Part shown: piece by piece, positions 20,349 to 29,632 of the stretch
How positions within the stretch are numbered: position 1 is the first letter of the stretch
Layout of the letters: every line of letters begins with the position of its first letter
DNA from: Solobacterium sp.
GTDB taxonomy: Bacteria > Bacillota_I > Bacilli_A > Erysipelotrichales > Erysipelotrichaceae
DNA length: 41,801 nt
Direction: 5' to 3'
NCBI GenBank assembly: GCA_017539825.1
Contig: JAFYCG010000313.1
Coordinates: 1 to 41,801 of the forward strand
Notes under the pieces: generated by a model
What the model was told of the DNA's origin: nothing
The model's input: the letters and a program-made list of their open reading frames with translations, nothing else
The model's database searches: none
Translations under genes and position numbers: made by a program

Positions 20349-20774
20349 ATGGCAGTAAGTGTAATATATCATGGCAGATTGCCTTATATTCAGAAAATAG
20401 CAGACGCTATAGCAAAAAAATGTAATGTAGAAGCAATTGATATTTCCGTTTCGCACCAGTTCCCGGAAACAGACCTTTTGTTTCTGGGAGTCGGCATATA
20501 TAAAGGCAAACCGGATGATGCATTGATGGATTATCTGGATCAGCTTCCGATGAACAGGATCAGAGGTGCAGCTTTATTCTCCGTCAGCAAATCAGGCAAT
20601 GATCATATGGAGATGGTTGTCAATCTGCTGGAACATAAGGGAATTGTTGTATATCCGGAACATTTTACATGCAGGCGTCAGCATTTTATCTTCGCAAAAG
20701 GACATCCTGATGCAAGAGATGTCAGAAGGGCACTTCGTTTTACCGATCGTGTTCTTGCCTCATTTAACGGATAA
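20349..20774 (+). CDS. Flavodoxin-like protein (degenerate FMN loop)
   Basis: KIADAIA, DLLFLGVGIY, AALFS and GHPD pattern. Lacks a canonical SxTGNT. Confidence 0.7.
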   Translation: MAVSVIYHGRLPYIQKIADAIAKKCNVEAIDISVSHQFPETDLLFLGVGIYKGKPDDALMDYLDQLPMNRIRGAALFSVSKSGNDHMEMVVNLLEHKGIVVYPEHFTCRRQHFIFAKGHPDARDVRRALRFTDRVLASFNG

Positions 20775-20777
20775 ATG

Positions 20778-20810
20778 AAATGCAGAAATTCTTTTCTGCA
20801 TTTTTCTTTT
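20778..20810 (+). terminator. Intrinsic terminator
   Basis: AAATGCAGAAA-TTCT-TTTCTGCATTT followed by a T-rich tract. Confidence 0.75.
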
Positions 20811-20861
20811 CGCTGACATGAATGCAAGGTATAATGATTTTGTAATACAAAAAGGGGTGTT

Positions 20862-21650
20862 ATGAAAAAGAAACTGTTATGTTTTCTTGGTTTCTGTCTG
20901 ACCATTATGGCGGGATGTTCCGGGGCAGATGATTCTTCTGAAGTTTTGAATACATTCCATACAATAACAGCAGAAGAAGCCGGGCAGATGATGAAAACTG
21001 AAAAAGAATATGTGATTGTGGATGTACGTACGCAGCAGGAATATGATGAGGGACATATCCCCAATGCCATATGCATTCCCAATGAAGAAATCGTTGAAGA
21101 GATGCCGGTTCAGCTTCCTGATCTGAATCAGATGCTTCTTGTATATTGCCGCAGTGGCAGAAGAAGCAAAGAAGCTTGTGAAAAGCTGAGCCGTATCGGA
21201 TATGCCAATGTTTATGATTTCGGCGGAATTCTGGACTGGAAAGGAGAAATTGTGAAAGAAGAAGATTATGATGCAATACAGCCTGTAGCAAATCTGGTAC
21301 TGGAAATCAACGGGAAAATCTTTTATCCGGAGCTGGAAGATAACTCCTCCGCACAGGCTTTCTGGGAAAAACTGACCGAAAAGCCCCTGACAGTAGAACT
21401 TCATGATTACGGTAATTTTGAAAAGGTGGGAGATCTTCCATGGAGTCTTCCGACAAATGATACTTCCATTACTACAAAACCCGGGGATATCATCCTTTAT
21501 CAGGGAAATCAGATCACAATCTATTATGATGAAAATACCTGGGATTTTACCAAACTCGGTGAAATTGGCAATGTCACAAAAGAGGAATTGCTGGAAGTTC
21601 TGGGAGAAGGAGATGTAACAGCTTCCTTCTGGCTGGAATGGAGTGAATAA
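20862..21650 (+). CDS. Lipoprotein: rhodanese domain fused to cyclophilin-like domain
   Basis: Lipobox MAGC. Rhodanese motifs IVDVRT, GHIPNA and YCRSGRRS. C-terminal DNSSAQAF...DYGNFEK...PGDIILYQGNQITIYY. Confidence 0.8.
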   Translation: MKKKLLCFLGFCLTIMAGCSGADDSSEVLNTFHTITAEEAGQMMKTEKEYVIVDVRTQQEYDEGHIPNAICIPNEEIVEEMPVQLPDLNQMLLVYCRSGRRSKEACEKLSRIGYANVYDFGGILDWKGEIVKEEDYDAIQPVANLVLEINGKIFYPELEDNSSAQAFWEKLTEKPLTVELHDYGNFEKVGDLPWSLPTNDTSITTKPGDIILYQGNQITIYYDENTWDFTKLGEIGNVTKEELLEVLGEGDVTASFWLEWSE

Positions 21651-21660
21651 GGGGAATACT

Positions 21661-22872
21661 ATGAAAGGAAAATACTTATTGGTTTTTGCATCATTGTGCG
21701 GACTTGCCTCGGGAGCTTTAGGTGTCTGCATGAATACATTGGGTTTGTTTTACAAACCCATTGCTGAAGATCTCGGTGTAGGTATCGGAAGTGTATCGTT
21801 GACAATGACAATTTTTACGATTGCCTCATCATTTACTGCACTCATAGCACCGAAAATGTTAAAGGAAAAGGTTGTGAATATTGCCATTCTGGTTGCGACT
21901 GTTCTTTTGGGCGGAGGAACATTCCTGATGGCTGTTTCTTCATCGACACTTGGATTATATGCCGGCAGTGTCATGAGAGGTCTTGGCAGCGGTATGACAG
22001 GCTTTGTACTTATTACAAGTATTATCAACCGCTGGTATTATAAATCACATGGCTTGATCACAAGTATCTCGGTTGCTTTCAGCGGAATACCGGGTGTTAT
22101 TCTTTCACCGATTCTTTCTTCTATTATTAATAACAGCGGATGGAGAGCAGGAATGACGGTCAGTGGGATATTGATTGTACTTCTTTGTTTGCCGGCTGTA
22201 TTCCTGGTAACTGTATCACCACAGACACAAGGTCTGGATCCGTATGGCTATGAAGAATTCCTGCGTGAAAAAGAAAAGGGAAATATCCGTACCATTTCTG
22301 CAGAAGGAGAGTTTTTCTCTTATAAAGATAAAGAATTTATTCTTGCAGTATTATTTGTCATTGCAGTATGTCTTGCAGCAAGTCTGCCGAATTATCTGCC
22401 GTCCTATGCGGAATCATTAAATATGACTTCGATCAGCGGTATTATCCTTTCTGTTGCATTGGCAGGAAATATCTGTTCCAAGATTTTATTCGGTATCGTT
22501 TCTGATAAACTCAGCGCAAAGATTGCGATTATGAGCTATGCATGCATCTGTACTGTTGCTTTGATTCCGTTAATTCTTCATGGCAATCCGTTATTCATAT
22601 TAATTGCGGCATTCTCATATAACTTCACCGCTTCCAACTCATCTGTTGGTATTTCCATTATTACCAGTGATTTATTCGGTGAATCCAATTACAGTAAAGT
22701 TTATCCGATGTTGTCATTCATCGGTTCCTATGCAATGGCTTTCTCCAGTGCAATGATCGGATTCATGTTTGATTTTTTCGGATCTTATACACCGATTTTT
22801 GTGGCAATCATGGTTATTCAAATCTCCATTGTATTGATTTCTTTCAATGCTTACCGGTTGAAAAAGGCATAA
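21661..22872 (+). CDS. MFS transporter
   Basis: About 12 hydrophobic segments, with motifs IINRWY, FGIVSDKL and DLFGESNY. RBS AAGGGG precedes ATG 21661. Confidence 0.85.
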   Translation: MKGKYLLVFASLCGLASGALGVCMNTLGLFYKPIAEDLGVGIGSVSLTMTIFTIASSFTALIAPKMLKEKVVNIAILVATVLLGGGTFLMAVSSSTLGLYAGSVMRGLGSGMTGFVLITSIINRWYYKSHGLITSISVAFSGIPGVILSPILSSIINNSGWRAGMTVSGILIVLLCLPAVFLVTVSPQTQGLDPYGYEEFLREKEKGNIRTISAEGEFFSYKDKEFILAVLFVIAVCLAASLPNYLPSYAESLNMTSISGIILSVALAGNICSKILFGIVSDKLSAKIAIMSYACICTVALIPLILHGNPLFILIAAFSYNFTASNSSVGISIITSDLFGESNYSKVYPMLSFIGSYAMAFSSAMIGFMFDFFGSYTPIFVAIMVIQISIVLISFNAYRLKKA

Positions 22873-22911
22873 AATTGACAGGGATAAAACCCTGATTTTT
22901 AAGGGGAAAAT

Positions 22912-23325
22912 ATGGATCAGGAAAGAGGATATGTTATCAGATGTCATAATCTGTTTAATGGCACAACAATATTCAAAGGTTGTAAAGAATACGTTTACGA
23001 TAATAAAGATGTCATGCGCATGGAGGATACATACACTTTGACAGGTGCTAAAAAAGCAATGGCAAATTACAAAAGAATGTCCCCGGATGATGATTATCAG
23101 TGTTCTCTGGAACGTTTGGAAGAGTGTTATATACATTTTTACAGACCGGAAAGAGGAAAGTACAGCAAGCTGATCGAATTAATAGATAATGCTGCAAAAA
23201 GATGTGATGAACTGGTAAAGGGTAATGATTTTCACAACGGTGATAAAATGAGAATCAATGAAATCAAAAGGATTCTGTATCTCTGTAAAGAAGAATTTCT
23301 AAAGAAAAGAAAAAAGAAAGGATAA
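22912..23325 (+). CDS. Hypothetical protein
   Basis: 137-aa ORF with AAGGGG RBS. Its stop codon lies inside the left direct repeat. Confidence 0.7.
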   Translation: MDQERGYVIRCHNLFNGTTIFKGCKEYVYDNKDVMRMEDTYTLTGAKKAMANYKRMSPDDDYQCSLERLEECYIHFYRPERGKYSKLIELIDNAAKRCDELVKGNDFHNGDKMRINEIKRILYLCKEEFLKKRKKKG

Positions 23326-23348
23326 TCGCAAAGATTATCCTATTTTTT
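23314..23348 (+). repeat. Left 35-bp direct repeat (bidirectional terminator hairpin)
   Basis: AAGAAAGGATAATCGCAAAGATTATCCTATTTTTT, identical to 35334-35368. Contains the stem GGATAATC-GCAAA-GATTATCC. Confidence 0.95.
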
Positions 23349-23350
23349 TG

Positions 23351-24061
23351 TCAGTTTTCTGTGGAATATGTATAAATGTTACCGTTATAGTAAGTCTCAA
23401 TGTATTCAAAGGGTATGAATAGATGGTCTTTTTTTGTATAGGATATATGAGAAGAACACAGCAGGGCTGCTTCTTCAATTTGAAGAAGCTCTTTTTTTTC
23501 TTTATCGGGAAGAACGGCTTTGATTTCCATATTCATGGCATCACGGGTTATGCCGATCTTATCGAGATAAGCGTAAAAAGAAGATTCAAGACTGGAAATA
23601 TCAATGGCAGGTACAACAGAAACTGCAACGTATGTATAACTCACCGCAACAGGGACATCATCACCTGTGCGCAAGCGGACAAAATAATGCAGATAGTCTG
23701 TGTCATTCAGTGACAGCTTATCCCTGATATCGGGTTTTTCAGACGCCCTGATCAGAGAATAGGAGATAAGTTTTGATCCCGGGGTCAAACCGATCTTTCT
23801 CATATCTTCTGAAAAACTGAGCCGCTGGTTTGTTGCTTTATGCACCGCAGGTATGCTGACAAAACTTCCTTTTTTGGGAGAACGTGTAATATATCCCATT
23901 TCACTCAGATGAGAAAGAGCTTTATTGACGGTCATTCTGGAAAAATTGAACTGTTTGCATAATTGTTCCTCTGTAGGAATCTGCTCACCTGTTTTGTATT
24001 TTTTTTCATTGATCTGACGGATAATGAAATCTTCAATTATCCTGTATTTTTTTTCGGCCAT
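23351..24061 (-). CDS. GntR/HutC-family regulator with UTRA domain (FrlR-like)
   Basis: wHTH IPTEEQLCKQFNFSRMTVNKAL...KKGSFV. UTRA motifs SFSEDM and RLRTGDDVPV. Confidence 0.92.
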   Translation of the reverse strand: MAEKKYRIIEDFIIRQINEKKYKTGEQIPTEEQLCKQFNFSRMTVNKALSHLSEMGYITRSPKKGSFVSIPAVHKATNQRLSFSEDMRKIGLTPGSKLISYSLIRASEKPDIRDKLSLNDTDYLHYFVRLRTGDDVPVAVSYTYVAVSVVPAIDISSLESSFYAYLDKIGITRDAMNMEIKAVLPDKEKKELLQIEEAALLCSSHISYTKKDHLFIPFEYIETYYNGNIYTYSTEN

Positions 24062-24142
24062 AAGTATACTTCCTGAATCCCACTATACAATGAATTTCCT
24101 ATTTCGTCTATTTAAATATACAAAAATATTCTTTTCTTTATA

Positions 24143-24154
24143 TTGTATATACAA
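24143..24154. promoter_or_regulatory. Palindromic GntR/HutC-type operator
   Basis: Perfect palindrome TTGTATATACAA (GT-N-TA-N-AC core) in the divergent intergenic region. Extra TATACAA/TTGTATA half-sites lie near 24084, 24117 and 24166. Confidence 0.65.
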
Positions 24155-24377
24155 ATAAGAAAATATTGTATATATTATATAATTAAAGAAAAATGGCTGC
24201 CATACAAACCGGATGTTCTTCGACACAAAACAAAAAAAAGGATAAATATAAAAAAAAGAGTGTCGAAATATTTGGATTGTGACGGAAAAGCGGAAGAAAC
24301 AGAGTTTTGTGTTGTAAGTCCAAGTCAGATCAAAATGACAAAATTTGCGGACCTATAATGCTATTGCAGGTGAGGAA

Positions 24378-27014
24378 ATGGAACAAGGAACAAAAGAACA
24401 GATCAGAAGCTACCTGGTTAAAGAGACAAGGAGACTAGATTATAAAAGAGCTGAAAGATTTACGACAACCTATATTGCAAATGCATTGCATCTGTCAAGA
24501 ACAATCGTGTCGCAATATCTGAATGAACTTGTTAATGAAAACATTGTGTTAAAAATCAAATCCAGACCGGTATATTTCGTGGACATTTCTGTTTTGGAAA
24601 ATGCATATTCCATGAAAATTGAAGATCAGGATTTTCTGGATATTGAAGATCTGCTGAATTATCTCAATGAGAAAGGTACTTCGGGTAATACCTTCCGTGA
24701 ATTGTGCGGACATGATGGTTATCTGAAAAATGCAATTTCTCAAGCAGTTGAAATCATAGAATATCCGCCTCATGGACTACCGTTAATTATTTACGGAAAT
24801 GAAGGAACAGGTAAGAAAACGCTTGCTGAATTACTGATCAGCAATTCCATGCGGAAAAACGGCAGAATCGGTAAAAATGCTGAGATCGTGAAGACGGAAC
24901 TGACAGATACTAACGAACATCTGACAGAGGCATTGAAACAGAAGATCTCAACCTGTCAGGAAAACGGAATCGTCTTTATCCTGTCGCACTTTGAAAAGAT
25001 TACAACTGTTCTGGAAAAATATCTGATCAATTACTTTGAAAAGTATGTGAATGAGAAAATTCACTTTATTTTCCTCAGTAATGAAAAACCGGAGGCATAT
25101 CTGAATTCGGGATTAAGAAAATATATTCCGCTTGCTGTAAAGCTTGAAGATTTTGATGCAAGACCGAAAGAGGATCGTGAGTCGATTGTTATTCACCTGT
25201 TCCTGCGTGAACAGGCAATGCTGAAACGGCCGATTCATATCTCCAGCAATGTTCTCAGAATACTGGCAAATGCAAAGTATCCGGCTAATATTCAAGGATT
25301 GATAAAGGTTATCAAACAGATTTGTGCACATGCGTCATTAGACAGAGAACAGGAAAGAATCATAGTACATACCTATGATATGCCGAAAGACCGGCTGGAA
25401 GGCATTTCCATCTCGGATGAAGCGGTTGCCTATATCAATTGTGAGAATTTTACAAGCAGTCATGAAGCAGATCTGTACGTTGATTTCTTCAATGCAATGA
25501 TCGATGTCTGCCTGCAGAACAGTCAGGCACAGGTTTCAGAGAAATTTGCTTCCATATATAACGAGATTATCAACAGCCTCCTTACCAGAAGTGATAACGA
25601 CAGGCTTCTGCAGGGGATTGAGGTATCTTTGGCCAATATTGTCAATTCAACAATACAGAGAAGATTCATCAATATCCCCGGTAATTTCAGTTTTGCAGTT
25701 GCAAAGCTTGTATATATCTATGATCAATACGACATCACTTTCCAGGCATGGGAGCGAAAACATGCAGCTGATCTGGAGAAAATAACAGAACAGCTTCATC
25801 AGGATTATGTCAGTGTATCGATCATAACAGATGAAATCAGTGAACTGATCGAGAGAACGCTTGAAATGAAACTCCCTTCTGTTATTCAGGCAATCATGAC
25901 ACTGATTCTTCATCGCTATAACAATGAGTTAGGAAAAAGAAAGACCTTTGGAATCATCATTTGTCATGGTTATTCCACAGCAACTTCGATTGCTAACGCA
26001 GTGAATACATTGATTGGCAGTTATGTGGTTGATTCCATTGATATGCCGATTGACACAACGATCGATGCAATCAGGGAAACCCTCTCAGACAAAACAAATC
26101 GAATCAATCGCTTTGCAGATGTGGCAATCATGGTAGACATGGGATCACTTGAAGAAATCGGATCAGCAATCGTTGATCGCAATGTGGCGGTAATCAACAA
26201 TGTCAGCACAAAGATGGCATTGGATATCGGTTACAAAATACGTAACGGAATACCGATTGATGAACTGTTTGTCAATGCTGAGGAAGATTACAAAGTTGAA
26301 TACAGGCTGATTCATAACCTGAAAAAAGATGTGATTCTGTTTACCAGCGAAACCGGATTACAGACAGCACAAAGAATGGCAGACTTGTTCAAAGATTCAA
26401 TGCCGAAAGACATTCCTGTGGAATATCGTATTCTGCCTTATGAAAAGGCTGTCAAGGGAGATCTGGAACTGCAGGATTCACACAATGTGCTGTTTATGAC
26501 AGGTACGGAACAGCTGAATCTGAAAAACATGACCTTTATTCCATTGGAGGGAATTATCACTAACAGCAACCTGGATATCGTATCCCAAAAACTGAACCCG
26601 TATCTCAATGAAGAAGATCTGAAACAGATGATTCTCAATATCAGAAGAAACTTCACATTGATTAATGTGGTGCAGTATCTGACGATTCTGAATCCGAAAA
26701 CATTGCTGGATGATACAACCGTTGCGATAGACATTCTGCAAAGAAAAATGGGTTCGGAAATTGAAGGAAAGCGTCTGATCGGCATCTATATTCATGTATG
26801 CTGTCTGATCGAAAGACTTGTCACAAAAAGCGGGATCATACAAGGTGACACCGAAACCAAACAGTTTGTGAAAGAGCACCGGGACTTCGTAAGAAATGTC
26901 AGAGACAGTTTCGCCAACATGGCCAAAAGATATCATATCGAAATACCTGATGGAGAAATGAAATATATGTATTCCTTTCTGCAGACAGAAGAGGATGAAG
27001 GAGATGAACTATGA
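24378..27014 (+). CDS. LevR/DagR-like PTS-regulated activator (HTH, degenerate AAA+, PRD, EIIA-Man, EIIB-like, PRD)
   Basis: Motifs LSRTIVSQYLNELV...KSRPVYF, YPPHGLP, GNEGTGK, IICHGYSTATSIA, VDMGSL and YIHVCCLIERL. ATG 24378 follows GGTGAGG. Confidence 0.88.
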   Translation: MEQGTKEQIRSYLVKETRRLDYKRAERFTTTYIANALHLSRTIVSQYLNELVNENIVLKIKSRPVYFVDISVLENAYSMKIEDQDFLDIEDLLNYLNEKGTSGNTFRELCGHDGYLKNAISQAVEIIEYPPHGLPLIIYGNEGTGKKTLAELLISNSMRKNGRIGKNAEIVKTELTDTNEHLTEALKQKISTCQENGIVFILSHFEKITTVLEKYLINYFEKYVNEKIHFIFLSNEKPEAYLNSGLRKYIPLAVKLEDFDARPKEDRESIVIHLFLREQAMLKRPIHISSNVLRILANAKYPANIQGLIKVIKQICAHASLDREQERIIVHTYDMPKDRLEGISISDEAVAYINCENFTSSHEADLYVDFFNAMIDVCLQNSQAQVSEKFASIYNEIINSLLTRSDNDRLLQGIEVSLANIVNSTIQRRFINIPGNFSFAVAKLVYIYDQYDITFQAWERKHAADLEKITEQLHQDYVSVSIITDEISELIERTLEMKLPSVIQAIMTLILHRYNNELGKRKTFGIIICHGYSTATSIANAVNTLIGSYVVDSIDMPIDTTIDAIRETLSDKTNRINRFADVAIMVDMGSLEEIGSAIVDRNVAVINNVSTKMALDIGYKIRNGIPIDELFVNAEEDYKVEYRLIHNLKKDVILFTSETGLQTAQRMADLFKDSMPKDIPVEYRILPYEKAVKGDLELQDSHNVLFMTGTEQLNLKNMTFIPLEGIITNSNLDIVSQKLNPYLNEEDLKQMILNIRRNFTLINVVQYLTILNPKTLLDDTTVAIDILQRKMGSEIEGKRLIGIYIHVCCLIERLVTKSGIIQGDTETKQFVKEHRDFVRNVRDSFANMAKRYHIEIPDGEMKYMYSFLQTEEDEGDEL

Positions 27015-27424
27015 ACAGGAAAACACTCATTGCTACACATGGAAATCTTGCAGAAGGATTTCTCAGCGCACTGAACATTATAGTCGGGCCGGATGACAGT
27101 CTGAAAGCCTTGAACTGCTATACAACAGAAGGATTTGACATAGAAAAAGTGCTTGATGCATTTTTCGAAAAACTGGGAGATGGTGATGAATTATTTGTTT
27201 TCACGGATCTTCTGGGAGGATCGGTCAACAATGCATTCATAAAGAGATTGGAAAAACATTCATTTCATCTGATTACAAATACAAGTCTTGGGCTTCTGAT
27301 GGACTACAGTCTGATGAAACCGGATGCAGAGACATTGAAACAGAAACTTGGTTCCGGTGAATTCAGTGCAGTCTACTGTAATGATTTGATTGAACAGATG
27401 ATGAATGAAGACGATGATCTGTAA
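27011..27424 (+). CDS. PTS mannose/fructose/sorbose family IIA
   Basis: Motifs IATHGNLAEG and TDLLGGSVNN. Confidence 0.92.
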   Translation: MNRKTLIATHGNLAEGFLSALNIIVGPDDSLKALNCYTTEGFDIEKVLDAFFEKLGDGDELFVFTDLLGGSVNNAFIKRLEKHSFHLITNTSLGLLMDYSLMKPDAETLKQKLGSGEFSAVYCNDLIEQMMNEDDDL

Positions 27425-27442
27425 AGAAAGGAGGAATAGCGA

Positions 27443-27913
27443 ATGATAAAAGCTTTACGAATTGATCACCGTTTGGTACATGGACAGGTGGCATTTACCT
27501 GGACGCACTTCCTTGGTGCTACACGAATCATCGTCATTGATGATAAGGCAGCAGCAGACGACTTTCAAAAGATGGCATTAAACATGGCAAAACCTGCCGG
27601 TGTCAAACTCAATGTGTTTTCTGTTGAGAAAGCTCTGGAAAGAGCAGATAAGATTGATTCATTGTCTGACACTGTATTCATCATCTTCGGCGCTACAAAC
27701 GATGCCTCTCGCTACATCACTGGACACCCGAAATTCAAAGAACTGAATCTTGGAGGAATCACCAAAAAAGAAGGTTCCAAACAGTATGGTGAGGTTGTTT
27801 ATCTGAATGGGGAAGAGGAAGAAGATTTAAGAAAAATCCAGCAGACAGGCTGCAGACTCTTCATTCAGCAATTGCCGAATACAAAAAAAGACGAACTAGA
27901 TTTATTGAAGTAA
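27443..27913 (+). CDS. PTS mannose/fructose/sorbose family IIB
   Basis: Motif RIDHRLVHGQVAFTW. Confidence 0.95.
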   Translation: MIKALRIDHRLVHGQVAFTWTHFLGATRIIVIDDKAAADDFQKMALNMAKPAGVKLNVFSVEKALERADKIDSLSDTVFIIFGATNDASRYITGHPKFKELNLGGITKKEGSKQYGEVVYLNGEEEEDLRKIQQTGCRLFIQQLPNTKKDELDLLK

Positions 27914-27940
27914 CAGCATTCATGAAAGGGGAATAAAAAA

Positions 27941-28738
27941 ATGCGTTTGGTTCAAACCTTAATTGTCGTCCTGATCTCTGTGATGATGAGACTGGACTCC
28001 AGAATGTTCGGACGACTCAACTTTGAAAGACCTCTGTTAACTTGTACAATTTGCGGCCTTCTGTTAGGCAATCTGCAGGTAGGCTTACAGGTCGGAGCAA
28101 CAATGGAACTGGCAACACTGGGCATGATGAGTATAGGTGCTTCCGGAATTGACATGAATATGGGATCACTTGTCGGTTGCGCAATCTGTATCATGACCGG
28201 TGCGGATATTGAAACAGCATTAACTGTTGCTGTTCCGATGACACTGCTGTGCACACTGCTGGATACGATAGCTTCTGTAATCCGAATCAATTTCACCCAT
28301 ATGTGTGATAACGCTGTTGAAGCAGGTGATTTTGCCAAGGCAAAAAGAGTAGACATCGTATATGGTCCGGTTCTGTATGTTCTGTTCACAATCATTCCGG
28401 TCTTCCTGTCTGTTTATTTCGGTGCAGATGTTGTGCAGTCAATTGCTTCTGCTGTTCCGGCATGGATCACTTCCGGCATATCCCTGGGCGCAAATATTAT
28501 TGCTTTCTTCGGATTTGCCATGTTACTTAGCACAATGGTCAATAAAAACACAGTTGTCTATTTCTTTGCAGGATTCCTGCTTGCAGCATATTCCGGACTT
28601 GGATTAACAGCTATTGCATTGATCGGCATAGTACTCGCTGTCATTCTTTACACCGTGAAATATGTCGGTGTTAATAACCGTCCTGTTGCAGAAACAAATG
28701 CATCATCATTGGACGATCTGGAAGATCTCGATAATTAA
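27941..28738 (+). CDS. PTS mannose/fructose/sorbose family IIC
   Basis: ERPL...GLLLGNLQVGLQVGATMEL; hydrophobic protein. Confidence 0.92.
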   Translation: MRLVQTLIVVLISVMMRLDSRMFGRLNFERPLLTCTICGLLLGNLQVGLQVGATMELATLGMMSIGASGIDMNMGSLVGCAICIMTGADIETALTVAVPMTLLCTLLDTIASVIRINFTHMCDNAVEAGDFAKAKRVDIVYGPVLYVLFTIIPVFLSVYFGADVVQSIASAVPAWITSGISLGANIIAFFGFAMLLSTMVNKNTVVYFFAGFLLAAYSGLGLTAIALIGIVLAVILYTVKYVGVNNRPVAETNASSLDDLEDLDN

Positions 28739-28751
28739 GGAGGAATCGGAA

Positions 28752-29591
28752 ATGTCATTAAAAGGTTTAGAAGCACAGAGAAATACACCGCTTAACACAA
28801 AACTGAAAGAAATCTTCTGGGGTGCATGGTGCATGCAGACCAATTGGAACTATGAACGGCAGATGAATACAGCATATATGTATGCGATGTCTCATACGAT
28901 TGATCGTTTATATCCGGAAGAAGATGAAATTGAAAAGAAAAAAGAAGCATACAGAAGACATCTGGAATTCTTCAATATCACACCGCAATGTGCAGCATTG
29001 ACATTGGGAATCTCCGCCGCAATGGAAGAAGAGTATGCTGCAGATCCGGAGAACTTTGATCCTGCCGTGATTAACTCCGTCAAGGTTGCCCTGATGGGTC
29101 CTTTATCCGGAATCGGTGACTCCTTATTTCAGGGAACAATTCGTATTATTGCAATGTCCATCGGTATTTCTCTTGCCCAGCAAGGCAATATTCTCGGACC
29201 GATCCTGGCAGCATTAATTTCCATTTTCACAAGTGCACCGATTACCTGGTATCTTGGAAAGCTCGGCTATACAAGAGGTCAGGAATTTGTCAGACAGATG
29301 AGTGAATCCAATCTGATGGAAAAAGTGATGTTTGTCTGTTCAATTGCCGGATTATTTGTTATAGGCGGTATGAGTGCTACACTGTCCAACCTGACAACAC
29401 CACTGGCTTTCGGAGAATCGTTTGTACTGCAGAATGTGATTGACGGTATTTTGCCAAAAGCGATTCCACTTGGCATGACATGGCTTATGTATTACATTGT
29501 CAAATCCGGAAAAGTTAAGCCAATGACGGTTATTATCGGTTGTTTCATCGCAGGAATTATCCTGAACTACTTTGGTATTTTGGCTGCATGA
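28752..29591 (+). CDS. PTS mannose/fructose/sorbose family IID
   Basis: Motifs WNYERQM, RHLEFFNITP and KVALMGPLSGIGDS. RBS AAGGAGG precedes ATG 28752. Confidence 0.93.
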   Translation: MSLKGLEAQRNTPLNTKLKEIFWGAWCMQTNWNYERQMNTAYMYAMSHTIDRLYPEEDEIEKKKEAYRRHLEFFNITPQCAALTLGISAAMEEEYAADPENFDPAVINSVKVALMGPLSGIGDSLFQGTIRIIAMSIGISLAQQGNILGPILAALISIFTSAPITWYLGKLGYTRGQEFVRQMSESNLMEKVMFVCSIAGLFVIGGMSATLSNLTTPLAFGESFVLQNVIDGILPKAIPLGMTWLMYYIVKSGKVKPMTVIIGCFIAGIILNYFGILAA

Positions 29592-29632
29592 TGCCCGAAT
29601 ATATTAACACATCGAAAGGAAGGTAAAGAAAA

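Noticed and set aside
20877-21731. 284-aa minus-strand ORF, and other long antisense ORFs such as 39915-40634 and 4333-4890
   Set aside because: These are shadow ORFs opposite well-supported genes.
24330-24350. Sigma54 -24/-12 promoter (TGACA...TTGC)
   Set aside because: There is no GG at the required distance from the GC.
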